The position numbers and the translations under genes were made by a program. The notes under the pieces are model-generated. The model was not told the DNA's origin. It saw only the letters and a list, made by a program, of their open reading frames with translations, and searched no databases. A DNA stretch of 61,505 bases from Draconibacterium orientale. Lineage in GTDB: Bacteria; Bacteroidota; Bacteroidia; Bacteroidales; FEN-979. Below, piece by piece: positions 18,628-28,459 of this stretch. Each line of letters starts with the position of its first letter. Within the stretch, counting starts at the first letter, position 1. Where the stretch lies: contig DYSO01000003.1 in the NCBI GenBank assembly GCA_020718225.1, positions 1-61,505 of the forward strand, written 5' to 3'.

Positions 18628-20027
18628 TGAAACCCGAAAAACTTAATTCGGTTTATTTTATTGGCATTGGAGGGATAGGCATGAGTGCGTTGGCACGTTA
18701 TTTTTCCAGGCTGGGAATTTCGGTCTCGGGTTATGACCGCACCCCAACACCTTTAACCAGTGAACTTATCCATGAGGGCATTCCGGTTCATTTTGAAGAA
18801 AACCTCGGTCTCATTCCGGAAAATCCTGACCTTGTAATTTATACACCTGCTGTTCCAAGCGATCATATCGAATTTCTCCATTACAAAAGGTTGGGTTTTC
18901 CCCTGAAAAAAAGGGCAGAGGTTCTGGGCTTGATTACGGCGCCCCTGAAAACCATTGCAGTAGCCGGTACTCATGGAAAAACAACCACTTCTGCCCTGAT
19001 AGCCCACATCCTATACAGCGCCGGTATTGATTTTCTGGCGTTTCTGGGAGGTATCGCAAAAAATTACGGAAACAATTTTATCGACTTCCCTTCCATCAAT
19101 AATCCGGCTTCTGCCCACACAAACCACAAACAGAACCGGTTTTGCGTGGTTGAGGCCGATGAATATGACCGTTCATTCCTTCAACTAACACCGCATATTG
19201 CCATTATCACCTCCGCCGATCCCGATCATCTGGATATTTATGGCCATGCGGACGATCTGAAAAGAACTTTCGAAGAATTTACCTCGCGTATTGACGAAGG
19301 AGGTAAACTGATACTCAAACAAGGGGTTTTGATAAAACCTTTTCATAAACAACGTTATACAGAATATTCCTATTCGGTTGCCGATCAAGCATCATTCTAT
19401 GCGACAAATATCCGGTTAGACGAAGATCTGTATCATTTCGATCTGATCACTCCGGAAAAGAGGTATGAACATTTCACCCTGGGCATTCCCGGTTTGTTTA
19501 ATCTTGAAAATGCAGTGGCAGCATTGTCGGTAGGCCATATCCTGGGCTTGGATGAGGCAACCATGAAAAGAGCGCTCCGAAGTTATCAGGGAGTTCAGCG
19601 ACGGTTTGATTTCCGGATCCGGCGCAATGATTTTATTTACATCGATGATTATGCGCACCATCCCGAAGAGCTTCGTGCATGTATCGGTTCCGTCAGGACC
19701 ATCTACCCCGGAAAAAAGATAACCGGAATTTTTCAGCCCCATCTTTTTACCAGGACCCGTGACATGGCTGCCGACTTTGCCCGTAGCCTCGAATTATTGG
19801 ATGCGCTCTACCTGCTTGATATTTATCCTGCACGCGAAAAGCCCATTGAGGGTGTTGATTCGTCCATGTTGTTGGATTTAATCAGGTTAGAGCATAAAAC
19901 CCAAACAACGAAGACGGAGGTGCTCCCCCTTTTATTAAAAAACAAGCCGGAAATCCTGATGACATTAGGCGCAGGTGATATTGATCAACTCGTAAAACCC
20001 ATAACGGAAGCTTTTGGTAAAGCGTAG
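18624..20027 (+). CDS. murC: UDP-MurNAc--L-alanine ligase
   Basis: FIGIGGIGMSALA, AGTHGKTTT, VEADEYD, RRF, DDYAHHP, FQPHLFTRT. Confidence 0.97.
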   Translation: MMKPEKLNSVYFIGIGGIGMSALARYFSRLGISVSGYDRTPTPLTSELIHEGIPVHFEENLGLIPENPDLVIYTPAVPSDHIEFLHYKRLGFPLKKRAEVLGLITAPLKTIAVAGTHGKTTTSALIAHILYSAGIDFLAFLGGIAKNYGNNFIDFPSINNPASAHTNHKQNRFCVVEADEYDRSFLQLTPHIAIITSADPDHLDIYGHADDLKRTFEEFTSRIDEGGKLILKQGVLIKPFHKQRYTEYSYSVADQASFYATNIRLDEDLYHFDLITPEKRYEHFTLGIPGLFNLENAVAALSVGHILGLDEATMKRALRSYQGVQRRFDFRIRRNDFIYIDDYAHHPEELRACIGSVRTIYPGKKITGIFQPHLFTRTRDMAADFARSLELLDALYLLDIYPAREKPIEGVDSSMLLDLIRLEHKTQTTKTEVLPLLLKNKPEILMTLGAGDIDQLVKPITEAFGKA

Positions 20028-20033
20028 CAAAGC

Positions 20034-20837
20034 ATGAAGAAGTTTTTAAAAATATTGAAAATAACCATCTGGATACTTCTCCTTGCTGGTGCATTTGTTT
20101 TAATTGGTTATGCAGAGGTCAGCTATTTTAACCGCAGGTGCAGTGCAGTTCGTATTTCAATCGATTATGGGGCGGCCGATATGCTTATCACCAAAGGGGA
20201 TATTGATTCCGTTGTAAGGAAAACTGCAGGGATACTCCATGGAAAGCCTTTGGGGCTGATCCATTCCGGGGCCATAGAAAAAGCTGTGAGGTCACAGCCT
20301 TATGTTTCAAGGGTATCGGTTTATGAAGACCATAAAGGAGATCTATTCATCGATGTTAAGCAGCGGGAACCGATCCTTCGGATTATAAATAACAAATATG
20401 AAAATTTTTATATCGATGATGCAGGCGCTTTTCTTCCTGTCAATCCCAATTATTCGGCAAACGTTCTGGTTGCCAACGGATTTATTACGGATTCATACAT
20501 AAAAAATCCGGGTTACAGAGTCAATATCATGGTCATCTCCGATTCCATATATCACGATTCATTAATGACCAGCCTTTACCGACTGGCCAAGTACATATCG
20601 CATGATAAATTCCTGAAATCGCAAATTGGTCAGATTTATGTTAATGATTGTCAGGAATTTGAACTCATTCCACGGGTCGGCGATCATGTGGTACTACTCG
20701 GTAAAGCGCAGGAACTGGACCAGAAATTCCGTAAACTTTATGCTTTTTACCGATTGGGCCTTAACAAAATAGGTTGGAATAAATACAACATAATCAATAT
20801 TAAATATAAGAACCAGGTGGTTTGTTCTAAAATGTAA
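20034..20837 (+). CDS. ftsQ: Cell division protein FtsQ/DivIB
   Basis: N-terminal TM, POTRA-like segment, QREPILRI, ELIPRVGDH..LG; between murC and ftsA. Confidence 0.85.
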   Translation: MKKFLKILKITIWILLLAGAFVLIGYAEVSYFNRRCSAVRISIDYGAADMLITKGDIDSVVRKTAGILHGKPLGLIHSGAIEKAVRSQPYVSRVSVYEDHKGDLFIDVKQREPILRIINNKYENFYIDDAGAFLPVNPNYSANVLVANGFITDSYIKNPGYRVNIMVISDSIYHDSLMTSLYRLAKYISHDKFLKSQIGQIYVNDCQEFELIPRVGDHVVLLGKAQELDQKFRKLYAFYRLGLNKIGWNKYNIINIKYKNQVVCSKM

Positions 20838-20844
20838 TTTACTT

Positions 20845-22179
20845 ATGAAAAACTCAGGTATCATCGTCGGTCTCGACATTGGCACGACGAAAATTGCAGT
20901 TATTGTCGGCCGTAAAAACGAACATGGAAAAATAGAAATACTGGGATATGGCAAAGTTCCTTCCATTGGCGTAAAACGGGGTGTTGTTGCCAACATTGAC
21001 AACACGGTACAATCAATCAAAGAGGCGGTAGCGGAAGCGTCCGGTAAATCAGGGGTAGATATAAAATTTGTCAACGTCGGGATAGCCGGGTTACATATTA
21101 AAAGTTTGCAGCACAGGGGGAATATCATTCGTGAAAACAGTGAGGTTGAAATCAGCCAGGATGATATTGACAAGCTGTGCAACAGCATGTACAACCTGAA
21201 CATGAACCCGGGGGAAGAGATTCTGGATGTAATCCCACAGGAATTCACTATTGACGGGGAGCATGGCATAATGACCCCCAAAGGATATACGGGGAGCTCG
21301 CTTGAAGCAAATTTCCATATCATCATCGGGCAAACGGCAGCGGCAAAAAACATCTACAAATGTGTTCGAAAAGCCGGTCTCGAGGTCGTTGAACTTATTC
21401 TGGAGCCCATTGCATCGTCGGAAGCAGTATTAAACGAAGATGAAAAAGAGGCAGGGGTTGTATTGGTCGATATTGGCGGGGGAACCTCTGATATTGCCAT
21501 TTTTCATGCCGGGATCATCCGCCACACGGCCGTTATTCCTCTGGGTGGAGAGATTATCACAGAGGATATCAAAGAGGGATGTTCTATCATAAAAAAACAT
21601 GCTGAAGAGTTGAAAGTGAAATTCGGATCGGCCCTTGCACGCGAAAACAAGGAGGAAGAGATTGTCGCCATTCCGGGACTCAGGGGGCGTACCCCCAAGG
21701 AGATCAGCCTGAAAAACCTGGCAAACATCATTCAGGCAAGGATGGAAGAGATCATTGAGCATATTTATTATGAAATACGCAATTCAGGATACGAGAAAAA
21801 ACTGATAGGGGGCATCGTTATCACAGGTGGTGGCGCACATCTGAAACACATTGCGCAGCTGACGGAATTTATGACCGGCCTCGACACCCGTATCGGTTAC
21901 CCGAATGAACATCTTGCCAGCGAAATTCCGGCTGAAATGACAAGCCCTATGCACGCAACAGGGATCGGACTGGTAATTGAAGGGATCATCAGGTATGAAA
22001 AAGAGATGGAAAAGAACAAACCGGAAGAACCTGCATCCGACACGGAAACTCCCTCATCACCGGAGAAGAAAAAGAGATTCAAAGATAAAAAACCAAAGGC
22101 CCCTTCAAAATCAGGAAAAGGCTTCCCCGACCGGTTTCTCGATAAGATCAGAAGCATTTTTGATGAAGATGTGGAGTAG
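20845..22179 (+). CDS. ftsA: Cell division protein FtsA
   Basis: VGLDIGTTKI, LEPIASS, LVDIGGGTSD, GIVITGGGA, TRIGYP. Confidence 0.97.
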   Translation: MKNSGIIVGLDIGTTKIAVIVGRKNEHGKIEILGYGKVPSIGVKRGVVANIDNTVQSIKEAVAEASGKSGVDIKFVNVGIAGLHIKSLQHRGNIIRENSEVEISQDDIDKLCNSMYNLNMNPGEEILDVIPQEFTIDGEHGIMTPKGYTGSSLEANFHIIIGQTAAAKNIYKCVRKAGLEVVELILEPIASSEAVLNEDEKEAGVVLVDIGGGTSDIAIFHAGIIRHTAVIPLGGEIITEDIKEGCSIIKKHAEELKVKFGSALARENKEEEIVAIPGLRGRTPKEISLKNLANIIQARMEEIIEHIYYEIRNSGYEKKLIGGIVITGGGAHLKHIAQLTEFMTGLDTRIGYPNEHLASEIPAEMTSPMHATGIGLVIEGIIRYEKEMEKNKPEEPASDTETPSSPEKKKRFKDKKPKAPSKSGKGFPDRFLDKIRSIFDEDVE

Positions 22180-22266
22180 CCTGCTATTAACAATGAACCT
22201 GTTGATAAAAAAAATAAACTCCGGCATTTTCAAAATTCTTTATTAATATTTTTAATCACCCCAAAA

Positions 22267-23961
22267 ATGATCCCCATGTCTGAAATTTTAAAATTCGATT
22301 TACCTAAAAACCAATCCTCTATCATAAAAGTCATCGGGGTTGGTGGTGGTGGAAGCAACGCCGTTAACCACATGTTCCATCAGGGTATCAAAGGTGTCGA
22401 CTTCATCATTTGCAATACCGATGCACAGGCAATGGAATCAAGTCCGGTTCCGCTTAAAATCCAGCTTGGTGCGAACCTGACCGGGGGGTTGGGCGCCGGG
22501 GCAGCCCCTTCGGTTGGCCGGAATGCCGCACTTGAAAATTCAGAGGATATACGTTCGGTACTCGAAAAAGGGACCAAAATGCTCTTCATTACAGCCGGAC
22601 TTGGGGGTGGGACCGGTACCGGGGCAGCGCCGGTAATTGCACAAATTTCGAAAGAACTCGACATCCTGACCGTAGGGATTGTTACCATCCCATTTTCATT
22701 TGAAGGACGGAAGCGGCGGCAATCAGCCGAAGACGGTATCCGCCAGCTCAAACAAAATGTGGACGCCCTATTGATCATCAGCAACGATAAACTCCGTATG
22801 TTGTGTGGCGACCTTCCGCTCTCTGAAGCTTTTAAACGCGCCGATAATGTTCTCACCACAGCAGCCAAAGGCATCGCTGAAATCATTACAGTGGCCGGTT
22901 ATATCAATGTTGACTTTGAAGATGTAAAAACTGTGATGAAAAACAGCGGTGTTGCAATCATGGGTACCGGTATTGCCAATGGCCCCAACCGGGCCCAACT
23001 GGCAGTTGAAGATGCGCTTAATTCACCCCTGCTCGATAATAATGATATTGAAGGGGCCATGAACCTGCTTCTTTACATATCTTCGGGAAAAAATGAAATT
23101 ACCATGGATGAGGTTACCGAAGTAACCGATTACATCCAGAATAAAACGCAATCGACGGCTGAAGTTATCTGGGGCAATGGTTATGACGAAAAACTCGACG
23201 ACAATATCAGCGTTACAATCATTGCAACCGGTTTCGACGCTGAGCACAAGAAACCCGATCCCATGAAACCCGTCGATGTAAAAGTTCATAAACTCTATGG
23301 CGATGCCCCCGGGCCTTCGGTTGAAAAACGCATCTACATCCCGGAACCGGAAATTCCATTCATTATTGAGACCCATGAAGAGATAAGGAAGGAACCCATT
23401 CTTGCGGAATCGCCGGTAACCATAACGGAACTGGAAATAAAACAGGAGGTGAACCAGGAAGCGGAACCACAATCAGAACCGGAATTTGCAACAGATTACC
23501 AACCGGAATTTGCATCTCCGGAGAATATCCGCACCTTTGAATTTAACCTTGAAAAACCACAATCTGAAAAACAGGCGGAACCGGCAGAGGCCCTGGTGAG
23601 TGAATTTCAACAGCAGGATAGCGTCAATGAACCGGTCGCAGAAATGCATTATCCGTTGAAACCCGTCATTCCTCCGGGCTGGCCTGTTGAATCAGACCCT
23701 AGCGATCCAATGAATAAAAAGTCTTTTGAACGGGTATCCAAATTACGGTCGTTGAGTGAAAAACTGAAAAATCACACCCCCATCGAAAATAACCTTTATG
23801 AACTGGAAAGTGTCCCTGCATACAAACGCAGGAATATCGAATTGAATGAAGCAACTCCATCGTCGGAATCACAGGTAGCCAAATTTATAGTTACCGAAAA
23901 TCCGGATAAATCTGTTGAGATTCGCAGTGAAAATTCATTTCTTCATAACAATGTCGACTAA
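22267..23961 (+). CDS. ftsZ: Cell division protein FtsZ with long acidic C-terminal linker
   Basis: IKVIGVGGGGSNAV, GGGTGTG, INVDFEDV, C-terminal PAYKRR...FLHNNVD. Confidence 0.98.
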   Translation: MIPMSEILKFDLPKNQSSIIKVIGVGGGGSNAVNHMFHQGIKGVDFIICNTDAQAMESSPVPLKIQLGANLTGGLGAGAAPSVGRNAALENSEDIRSVLEKGTKMLFITAGLGGGTGTGAAPVIAQISKELDILTVGIVTIPFSFEGRKRRQSAEDGIRQLKQNVDALLIISNDKLRMLCGDLPLSEAFKRADNVLTTAAKGIAEIITVAGYINVDFEDVKTVMKNSGVAIMGTGIANGPNRAQLAVEDALNSPLLDNNDIEGAMNLLLYISSGKNEITMDEVTEVTDYIQNKTQSTAEVIWGNGYDEKLDDNISVTIIATGFDAEHKKPDPMKPVDVKVHKLYGDAPGPSVEKRIYIPEPEIPFIIETHEEIRKEPILAESPVTITELEIKQEVNQEAEPQSEPEFATDYQPEFASPENIRTFEFNLEKPQSEKQAEPAEALVSEFQQQDSVNEPVAEMHYPLKPVIPPGWPVESDPSDPMNKKSFERVSKLRSLSEKLKNHTPIENNLYELESVPAYKRRNIELNEATPSSESQVAKFIVTENPDKSVEIRSENSFLHNNVD

Positions 23962-24413
23962 TGGGACTCGAACAAAAAATCAACGATGAGATAAAAGCCA
24001 CGATGCTGGCTCGCAATCCGGAAAAGCTTGAAGCTTTACGCGCTATCAAGGCTGCTTTATTGCTCGAAAAAACCAAGGAAGGCGCCACCGGAGAAATTTC
24101 CGAAACCACGGAGTTGAAAATTCTCCAAAAATTGGTAAAACAACGTCGCGAATCGGCCGAAATTTATCATAATGCCAATCGGGACGACCTTTCGAAAAAA
24201 GAGTTATTCGAGGCTTCCATTATTGAGACCTTTCTTCCCCGGCAACTTTCCACCGAAGAAATTACCCAGGTGATAAAAACAGTGATTGAACAAACCGGAG
24301 CAAGCTCCATTAAAGATATGGGGAGGGTAATGGGGGCTTCTTCCAGAGAACTTGCCGGTAAAGCAGATAATAAAATGATCTCGGAAATTGTGAAAAAATT
24401 GTTGGGTGGATAA
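23961..24413 (+). CDS. yqeY: GatB/YqeY domain protein
   Basis: LRAIKAALL, KQRRES...Y, FLPRQLS.EE, KDMGRVMG; TAATG overlap with ftsZ. Confidence 0.92.
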   Translation: MGLEQKINDEIKATMLARNPEKLEALRAIKAALLLEKTKEGATGEISETTELKILQKLVKQRRESAEIYHNANRDDLSKKELFEASIIETFLPRQLSTEEITQVIKTVIEQTGASSIKDMGRVMGASSRELAGKADNKMISEIVKKLLGG

Positions 24414-24417
24414 AATA

Positions 24418-25659
24418 TCATCCCTCTTCAGTTGCCTCGTGTTTTTGATAATTTCTTTCCCGATGGTTTGATATCCATTTTGAAATCAGGCAGGATACGT
24501 TCCATAAAAATTTCCATCGTCCAAATCCGTTTTTCACATCGGCATACCAGCGCTCTCCGCGTAATATTTTTCCAAAAGCCATCCAAACACGGTTATGGTC
24601 CCTTACCAGGTGATGAATTTTTCGTGGAACCGTATTAAAGAGGTTTTTGATCCGGTTGGCTTCCAGCAATTCGGTCATCAACTCCTGGTTTACCGATTCC
24701 GAATATTTCCCCAACGAGCCCGATCGTCCCTGCAGATAATCAGCACAGGCCATCGCTGCCAGTTTACCACTCCGAACCGCATAATAGATCCCCTCGCCGG
24801 TCAAAGGGTCGGTTAGTCCGCCGGCATCGCCGGTAACCAGAATGCGTCCCTGATGGAAAACACTTTTTTGCATTCTTACCGGTATCGGCCATGCTTTCAG
24901 GGAGATGGTTTCCAAAACCCGAAGGGTTGGTCCTTGATCCGGTATCCCGTTTCCGGTTTCGAGATACTTTAGAAAGCGTTGATAATATGGAATCATATAT
25001 TTTGAAAGGGTAGCAGGCCCTCCCACCCCCATCGAAAAATGGTCATTTTTAGGGAAAACCCATCCATAACCACCTGGGAATGTGCCCCAATCGAGAAATA
25101 CGGTCTGCGAAAAATTCTTCAGGGATGCATGATCGGTTTTTATTTCCGCTTCCCATGCCATTCCCTGCATGATATTCCCGTGCAAACCCGCCTTACGGGA
25201 AATCCTGCTGGTAGCCCCATCCGCTCCGATGAGAAGGGCGCTCCGAAAAACCCCATTCCGGGTTTGGACTTCCACGAACCTGTTGGTCTGAAAAACGTCT
25301 GTCACCGGTTCCCCAAAAAGGACTTTCACCCCGGCCGATACTGCTTTTTCAAGCAGGAATGCGTCGAATTTTTCGCGCATGGTACAATAGATCATCGGGG
25401 TGGCAGAAGTGCGGTGAAAAACCTCTTTAAAATGGGTAGAAAACCGGATATCGTATATGGTTGTTTCAATAATCCCGGAGAGATCGAAAGGGATCTCCCG
25501 GAGAATTTTATGGGTAAGACCGGCGCCACAAACTTTGTACCTTGGGAAAACTGATTTTTCGAGGAGTAGTACGCGAATTCCCTGAACAGCCAGTTCATAG
25601 GCAGCAATTGCTCCGGCAGGGCCTGCTCCGGCAACAATAACATCTGCATTGATATCCAT
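24418..25659 (-). CDS. Geranylgeranyl reductase-family FAD oxidoreductase
   Basis: VAGAGPAG, EK..FPRYKVCG.G, IGADGA.S, GYGWVFPK, GDAGGLTDPLTGEGI. Confidence 0.9.
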   Translation of the reverse strand: MDINADVIVAGAGPAGAIAAYELAVQGIRVLLLEKSVFPRYKVCGAGLTHKILREIPFDLSGIIETTIYDIRFSTHFKEVFHRTSATPMIYCTMREKFDAFLLEKAVSAGVKVLFGEPVTDVFQTNRFVEVQTRNGVFRSALLIGADGATSRISRKAGLHGNIMQGMAWEAEIKTDHASLKNFSQTVFLDWGTFPGGYGWVFPKNDHFSMGVGGPATLSKYMIPYYQRFLKYLETGNGIPDQGPTLRVLETISLKAWPIPVRMQKSVFHQGRILVTGDAGGLTDPLTGEGIYYAVRSGKLAAMACADYLQGRSGSLGKYSESVNQELMTELLEANRIKNLFNTVPRKIHHLVRDHNRVWMAFGKILRGERWYADVKNGFGRWKFLWNVSCLISKWISNHRERNYQKHEATEEG

Positions 25660-25677
25660 ACAAAAGTTGTAAACCGT

Positions 25678-26688
25678 TTACCGGAGCAACGTCAAAACCT
25701 CTTTTAAAAGCTTATCCTTATTGACCGGTACCACACCGACCTCTTCGCAAACCAATCCTCCTGCAAGATTTGAAATAAAGGCCAGTTCATAGGGTGAACG
25801 TTTGGCAGCAAGGCACAGGGAAGCAACGCTGATCACGGTATCCCCTGCTCCGGATACATCGGAAATGATACGCATATGTGCCGGAACGAAGATACTTTTT
25901 TCTTCCTGTTTGTTCTTCATGCTGATGATCACCCCTTTTTCTGACAGGGTGGTGAGTACATATTCACAATTCAGATCGGCACGCAATTTTTGGGCAGCAT
26001 CCATAATCACCTGACGATTATTGAGATCCGTGATCAGGCTCATCCCATCTTTTAACTCTTTGAGGTTGGGTTTGAACAGGGTCACCTGTTGATAGGCCAT
26101 GAAATTTTTCTTCTTTGGATCAACTGTTACCGGTATTTTCAGCGGTTGTGCCATAGCTATTACTTCCCTGATGAGCCTTGGGGTAATAACGCCCTTATCG
26201 TAATCCTGGAAGATGATGCAATCAACTTTTTCCCTTGCCAAAACCTGTTCAATTACCCGGATCAGGGTGATATAGTCGCTTTCGACCAGATCGTGGTCAA
26301 CCTCTTCATCAACGCGCAACATCTGATAAGTATTTCCAAATATCCGGAACTTTGTGGTTGTAATCCGTCGTTTGCTGCGAATGATCCCGGTGGCCTCAAT
26401 CTTCTCCTTTTTTAGAAGTTTGAGAAACTGGGCCCCTTTTTCATCGGCCCCAATCACGGAGCAGAGGATCGGCCGGGCGCCCATGGAACGGATGTTCATT
26501 GCAACATTGGCAGCGCCACCCATCCGGTGCTCCTGTTTTCTCAATGCAACGATGGGAATGGGGGCCTCAGGAGAGATACGTTCCACTTTGCCCCAGAGAT
26601 AGGAATCCACCATAACATCCCCGATGACCATCACCGACAAGGAGTTAAACTCATCAAAAAGTTGTTTGTAATTCGTTTCTTTTTGCAT
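25678..26688 (-). CDS. rfaE1: D-glycero-beta-D-manno-heptose-7-phosphate kinase (stand-alone HldE/RfaE kinase domain, PfkB family)
   Basis: GDVMVDSY..G.V.RISPEAPIP, GGAANVA.N, TTTKFR, DYDKG, VDPK, DVSGAGDTV. Confidence 0.85.
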   Translation of the reverse strand: MQKETNYKQLFDEFNSLSVMVIGDVMVDSYLWGKVERISPEAPIPIVALRKQEHRMGGAANVAMNIRSMGARPILCSVIGADEKGAQFLKLLKKEKIEATGIIRSKRRITTTKFRIFGNTYQMLRVDEEVDHDLVESDYITLIRVIEQVLAREKVDCIIFQDYDKGVITPRLIREVIAMAQPLKIPVTVDPKKKNFMAYQQVTLFKPNLKELKDGMSLITDLNNRQVIMDAAQKLRADLNCEYVLTTLSEKGVIISMKNKQEEKSIFVPAHMRIISDVSGAGDTVISVASLCLAAKRSPYELAFISNLAGGLVCEEVGVVPVNKDKLLKEVLTLLR

Positions 26689-26731
26689 GCAACTGTTGAT
26701 TTACATACGAATATTCATGAAAAACCAGGCG

Positions 26732-27460
26732 TTAAACCCCGTTGAAATGATAATCGGCTATGGTTTTGATTTTTATATTGGGTTTGTCGCTGTGGATTTT
26801 TCCGTCCATCAACCGGATAATGCGATGGGCATGCTCGGCAATGTCTTCTTCATGGGTAACAATAATGACGGTATTTCCCATCTTATGAATATCTTCAAGA
26901 AGCCCTAAAATTTCGATGGAAGTTTTTGAGTCAAGGTTCCCGGTTGGTTCGTCAGCAAGAATGATGGCCGGATTGTTCACCAGTGCCCGGGCAATAGCGA
27001 CACGTTGACGTTGTCCTCCAGACAATTCGTTGGGCTTGTGTTCCATACGGTCGCTCAATTTAACCTCTTCCATCGTTCGGGTGGCCTTTTCCATACGCTT
27101 GGCCTTACCCATTCCTGCATAAATCAGGGGCAACATGACATTTTCGAGGGCAGTGGACCTCGGAAGTAAATTAAAGGTCTGAAAAACAAAACCAATCTGT
27201 CGGTTACGGATCTCTGCCAGGGAATTATCGTCCATTTTACTTACATCTTCACCATTGAGAAAGTAGCTCCCACTGGTAGGTGTATCAAGGCATCCCAGAA
27301 TATTCATCAGGGTTGATTTCCCTGACCCGGAAGGTCCCATCAAAGCGACAAATTCATTTTTCCCGATTACCAGTGAAATCGAACGCAAAGCTTCAACAAC
27401 AATGGTCCCGATTTTATAGTTCTTTACAATGCTATCGAGCCGAATTACTTCTTTTTCCAT
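26732..27460 (-). CDS. ABC transporter ATP-binding protein (LolD/MacB-like), no adjacent permease
   Basis: [39 protein letters not shown]. Confidence 0.93.
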   Translation of the reverse strand: MEKEVIRLDSIVKNYKIGTIVVEALRSISLVIGKNEFVALMGPSGSGKSTLMNILGCLDTPTSGSYFLNGEDVSKMDDNSLAEIRNRQIGFVFQTFNLLPRSTALENVMLPLIYAGMGKAKRMEKATRTMEEVKLSDRMEHKPNELSGGQRQRVAIARALVNNPAIILADEPTGNLDSKTSIEILGLLEDIHKMGNTVIIVTHEEDIAEHAHRIIRLMDGKIHSDKPNIKIKTIADYHFNGV

Positions 27461-27471
27461 AAAAAATAATT

Positions 27472-28266
27472 TTAAAATCGAAATCTGAAATTTTCTTTAC
27501 TTAATTCCTCCTTGAAAAAGACAATACCCAAATAGTATAAATCTATTGTGACTTTTACTAGTGGATGTCTCCGGATGGCATCCCATGCTTTCCCCATATC
27601 GGATGACCAATGAATATCATCAAAAATAAAAACGGAACCAGGATGGATATGTTGCAGGCACTGTTCAAAATACCGGAGCGTAGGTTCTTTTTTATGGTTT
27701 CCGTCGAAAAACACCATATCCACGGGATGGATCTGATTGAGAGCAAACGCCAGCTTTTCCTCAAATGTGCCAGGGATCAGGGTAATGTTTTTCATTCCGT
27801 AGTGGTCGAAATTACTGCGGGCAACATTAACCGAATCCAGACATGCTTCGATGGTGATGATTTTGCTTTCGGGGACTGCCTGCGAAAAATACATAGCACT
27901 TATTCCCAATGAAGTACCAAGTTCAAGTACATGTGCTGGCTGATATGCCTGGGCTATGCGGAACAACAGTTCGCCTTTTTTTGCCGAAACCGAGGAACGT
28001 TTTGCAATGTCCTTAACCCGCACAAACCGTTGATCGCAAATAAACTCCTTCGCACGCGATCCCATATCCTTGCGTTTGATATATTGTGCACGGGTGTTCA
28101 ATTCCCGTCGTACCTTGTGTAAAAACCGGTACTGATGGAAAGGCTCTTCATTTTGGAGAATATTATGGTAAAAATTATAGACAAAAGGGGAATGGATTGT
28201 GTACTCCGACCTGGCTTTAAAAGAGTGCTGAAGATAGGCGACGAAGGCTTCTACCTGTCTGTTCAT
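27472..28266 (-). CDS. Class I SAM-dependent methyltransferase
   Basis: [28 protein letters not shown]. Confidence 0.88.
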   Translation of the reverse strand: MNRQVEAFVAYLQHSFKARSEYTIHSPFVYNFYHNILQNEEPFHQYRFLHKVRRELNTRAQYIKRKDMGSRAKEFICDQRFVRVKDIAKRSSVSAKKGELLFRIAQAYQPAHVLELGTSLGISAMYFSQAVPESKIITIEACLDSVNVARSNFDHYGMKNITLIPGTFEEKLAFALNQIHPVDMVFFDGNHKKEPTLRYFEQCLQHIHPGSVFIFDDIHWSSDMGKAWDAIRRHPLVKVTIDLYYLGIVFFKEELSKENFRFRF

Positions 28267-28283
28267 GATCTGAAAATAAATTG

Positions 28284-28291
28284 CAAAATTA
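28284..28291 (-). promoter_or_regulatory. -7 element TAATTTTG for the methyltransferase-led run
   Basis: Reverse complement of CAAAATTA, 17 nt before the start at 28266. Confidence 0.55.
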
Positions 28292-28433
28292 ACTGAAATC
28301 GCCAGATTAACAAGTTGGACGACAATTGCGATAAATAGTTACAATAAAAGGGGAACCGGTCGTTTTTCATATCGTTCCTCTATTAATCCGGATCAATTTG
28401 ATGCCATGGGGTGAAAAAATTAAGATTATTGCG

Positions 28434-28441
28434 TATGTTTG
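28434..28441 (+). promoter_or_regulatory. -7 element TATGTTTG for the prenyltransferase
   Basis: TAnnTTTG match 18 nt before the ATG at 28460. Confidence 0.55.
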
Positions 28442-28459
28442 ATAAAAAAATTTCAGTAG

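Noticed and set aside
22380-22886. Long antisense or alternate-frame ORFs (this one, 20694-21353, 48107-48688, 55612-56118, 58191-58679 and others)
   Set aside because: Shadows of well-supported genes with no recognisable motifs; the duplicated small ORFs at 3423/4266 and 3713/4556 simply reflect the 487-bp repeat
23250-23961. Very long acidic FtsZ tail
   Set aside because: Long linkers ending in FLHxNVD are normal in Bacteroidota FtsZ
8881-24413. Absence of murF, ddl and murB from the dcw cluster
   Set aside because: Usual for Bacteroidota, where these genes lie elsewhere; unlike the murD truncation this is not anomalous
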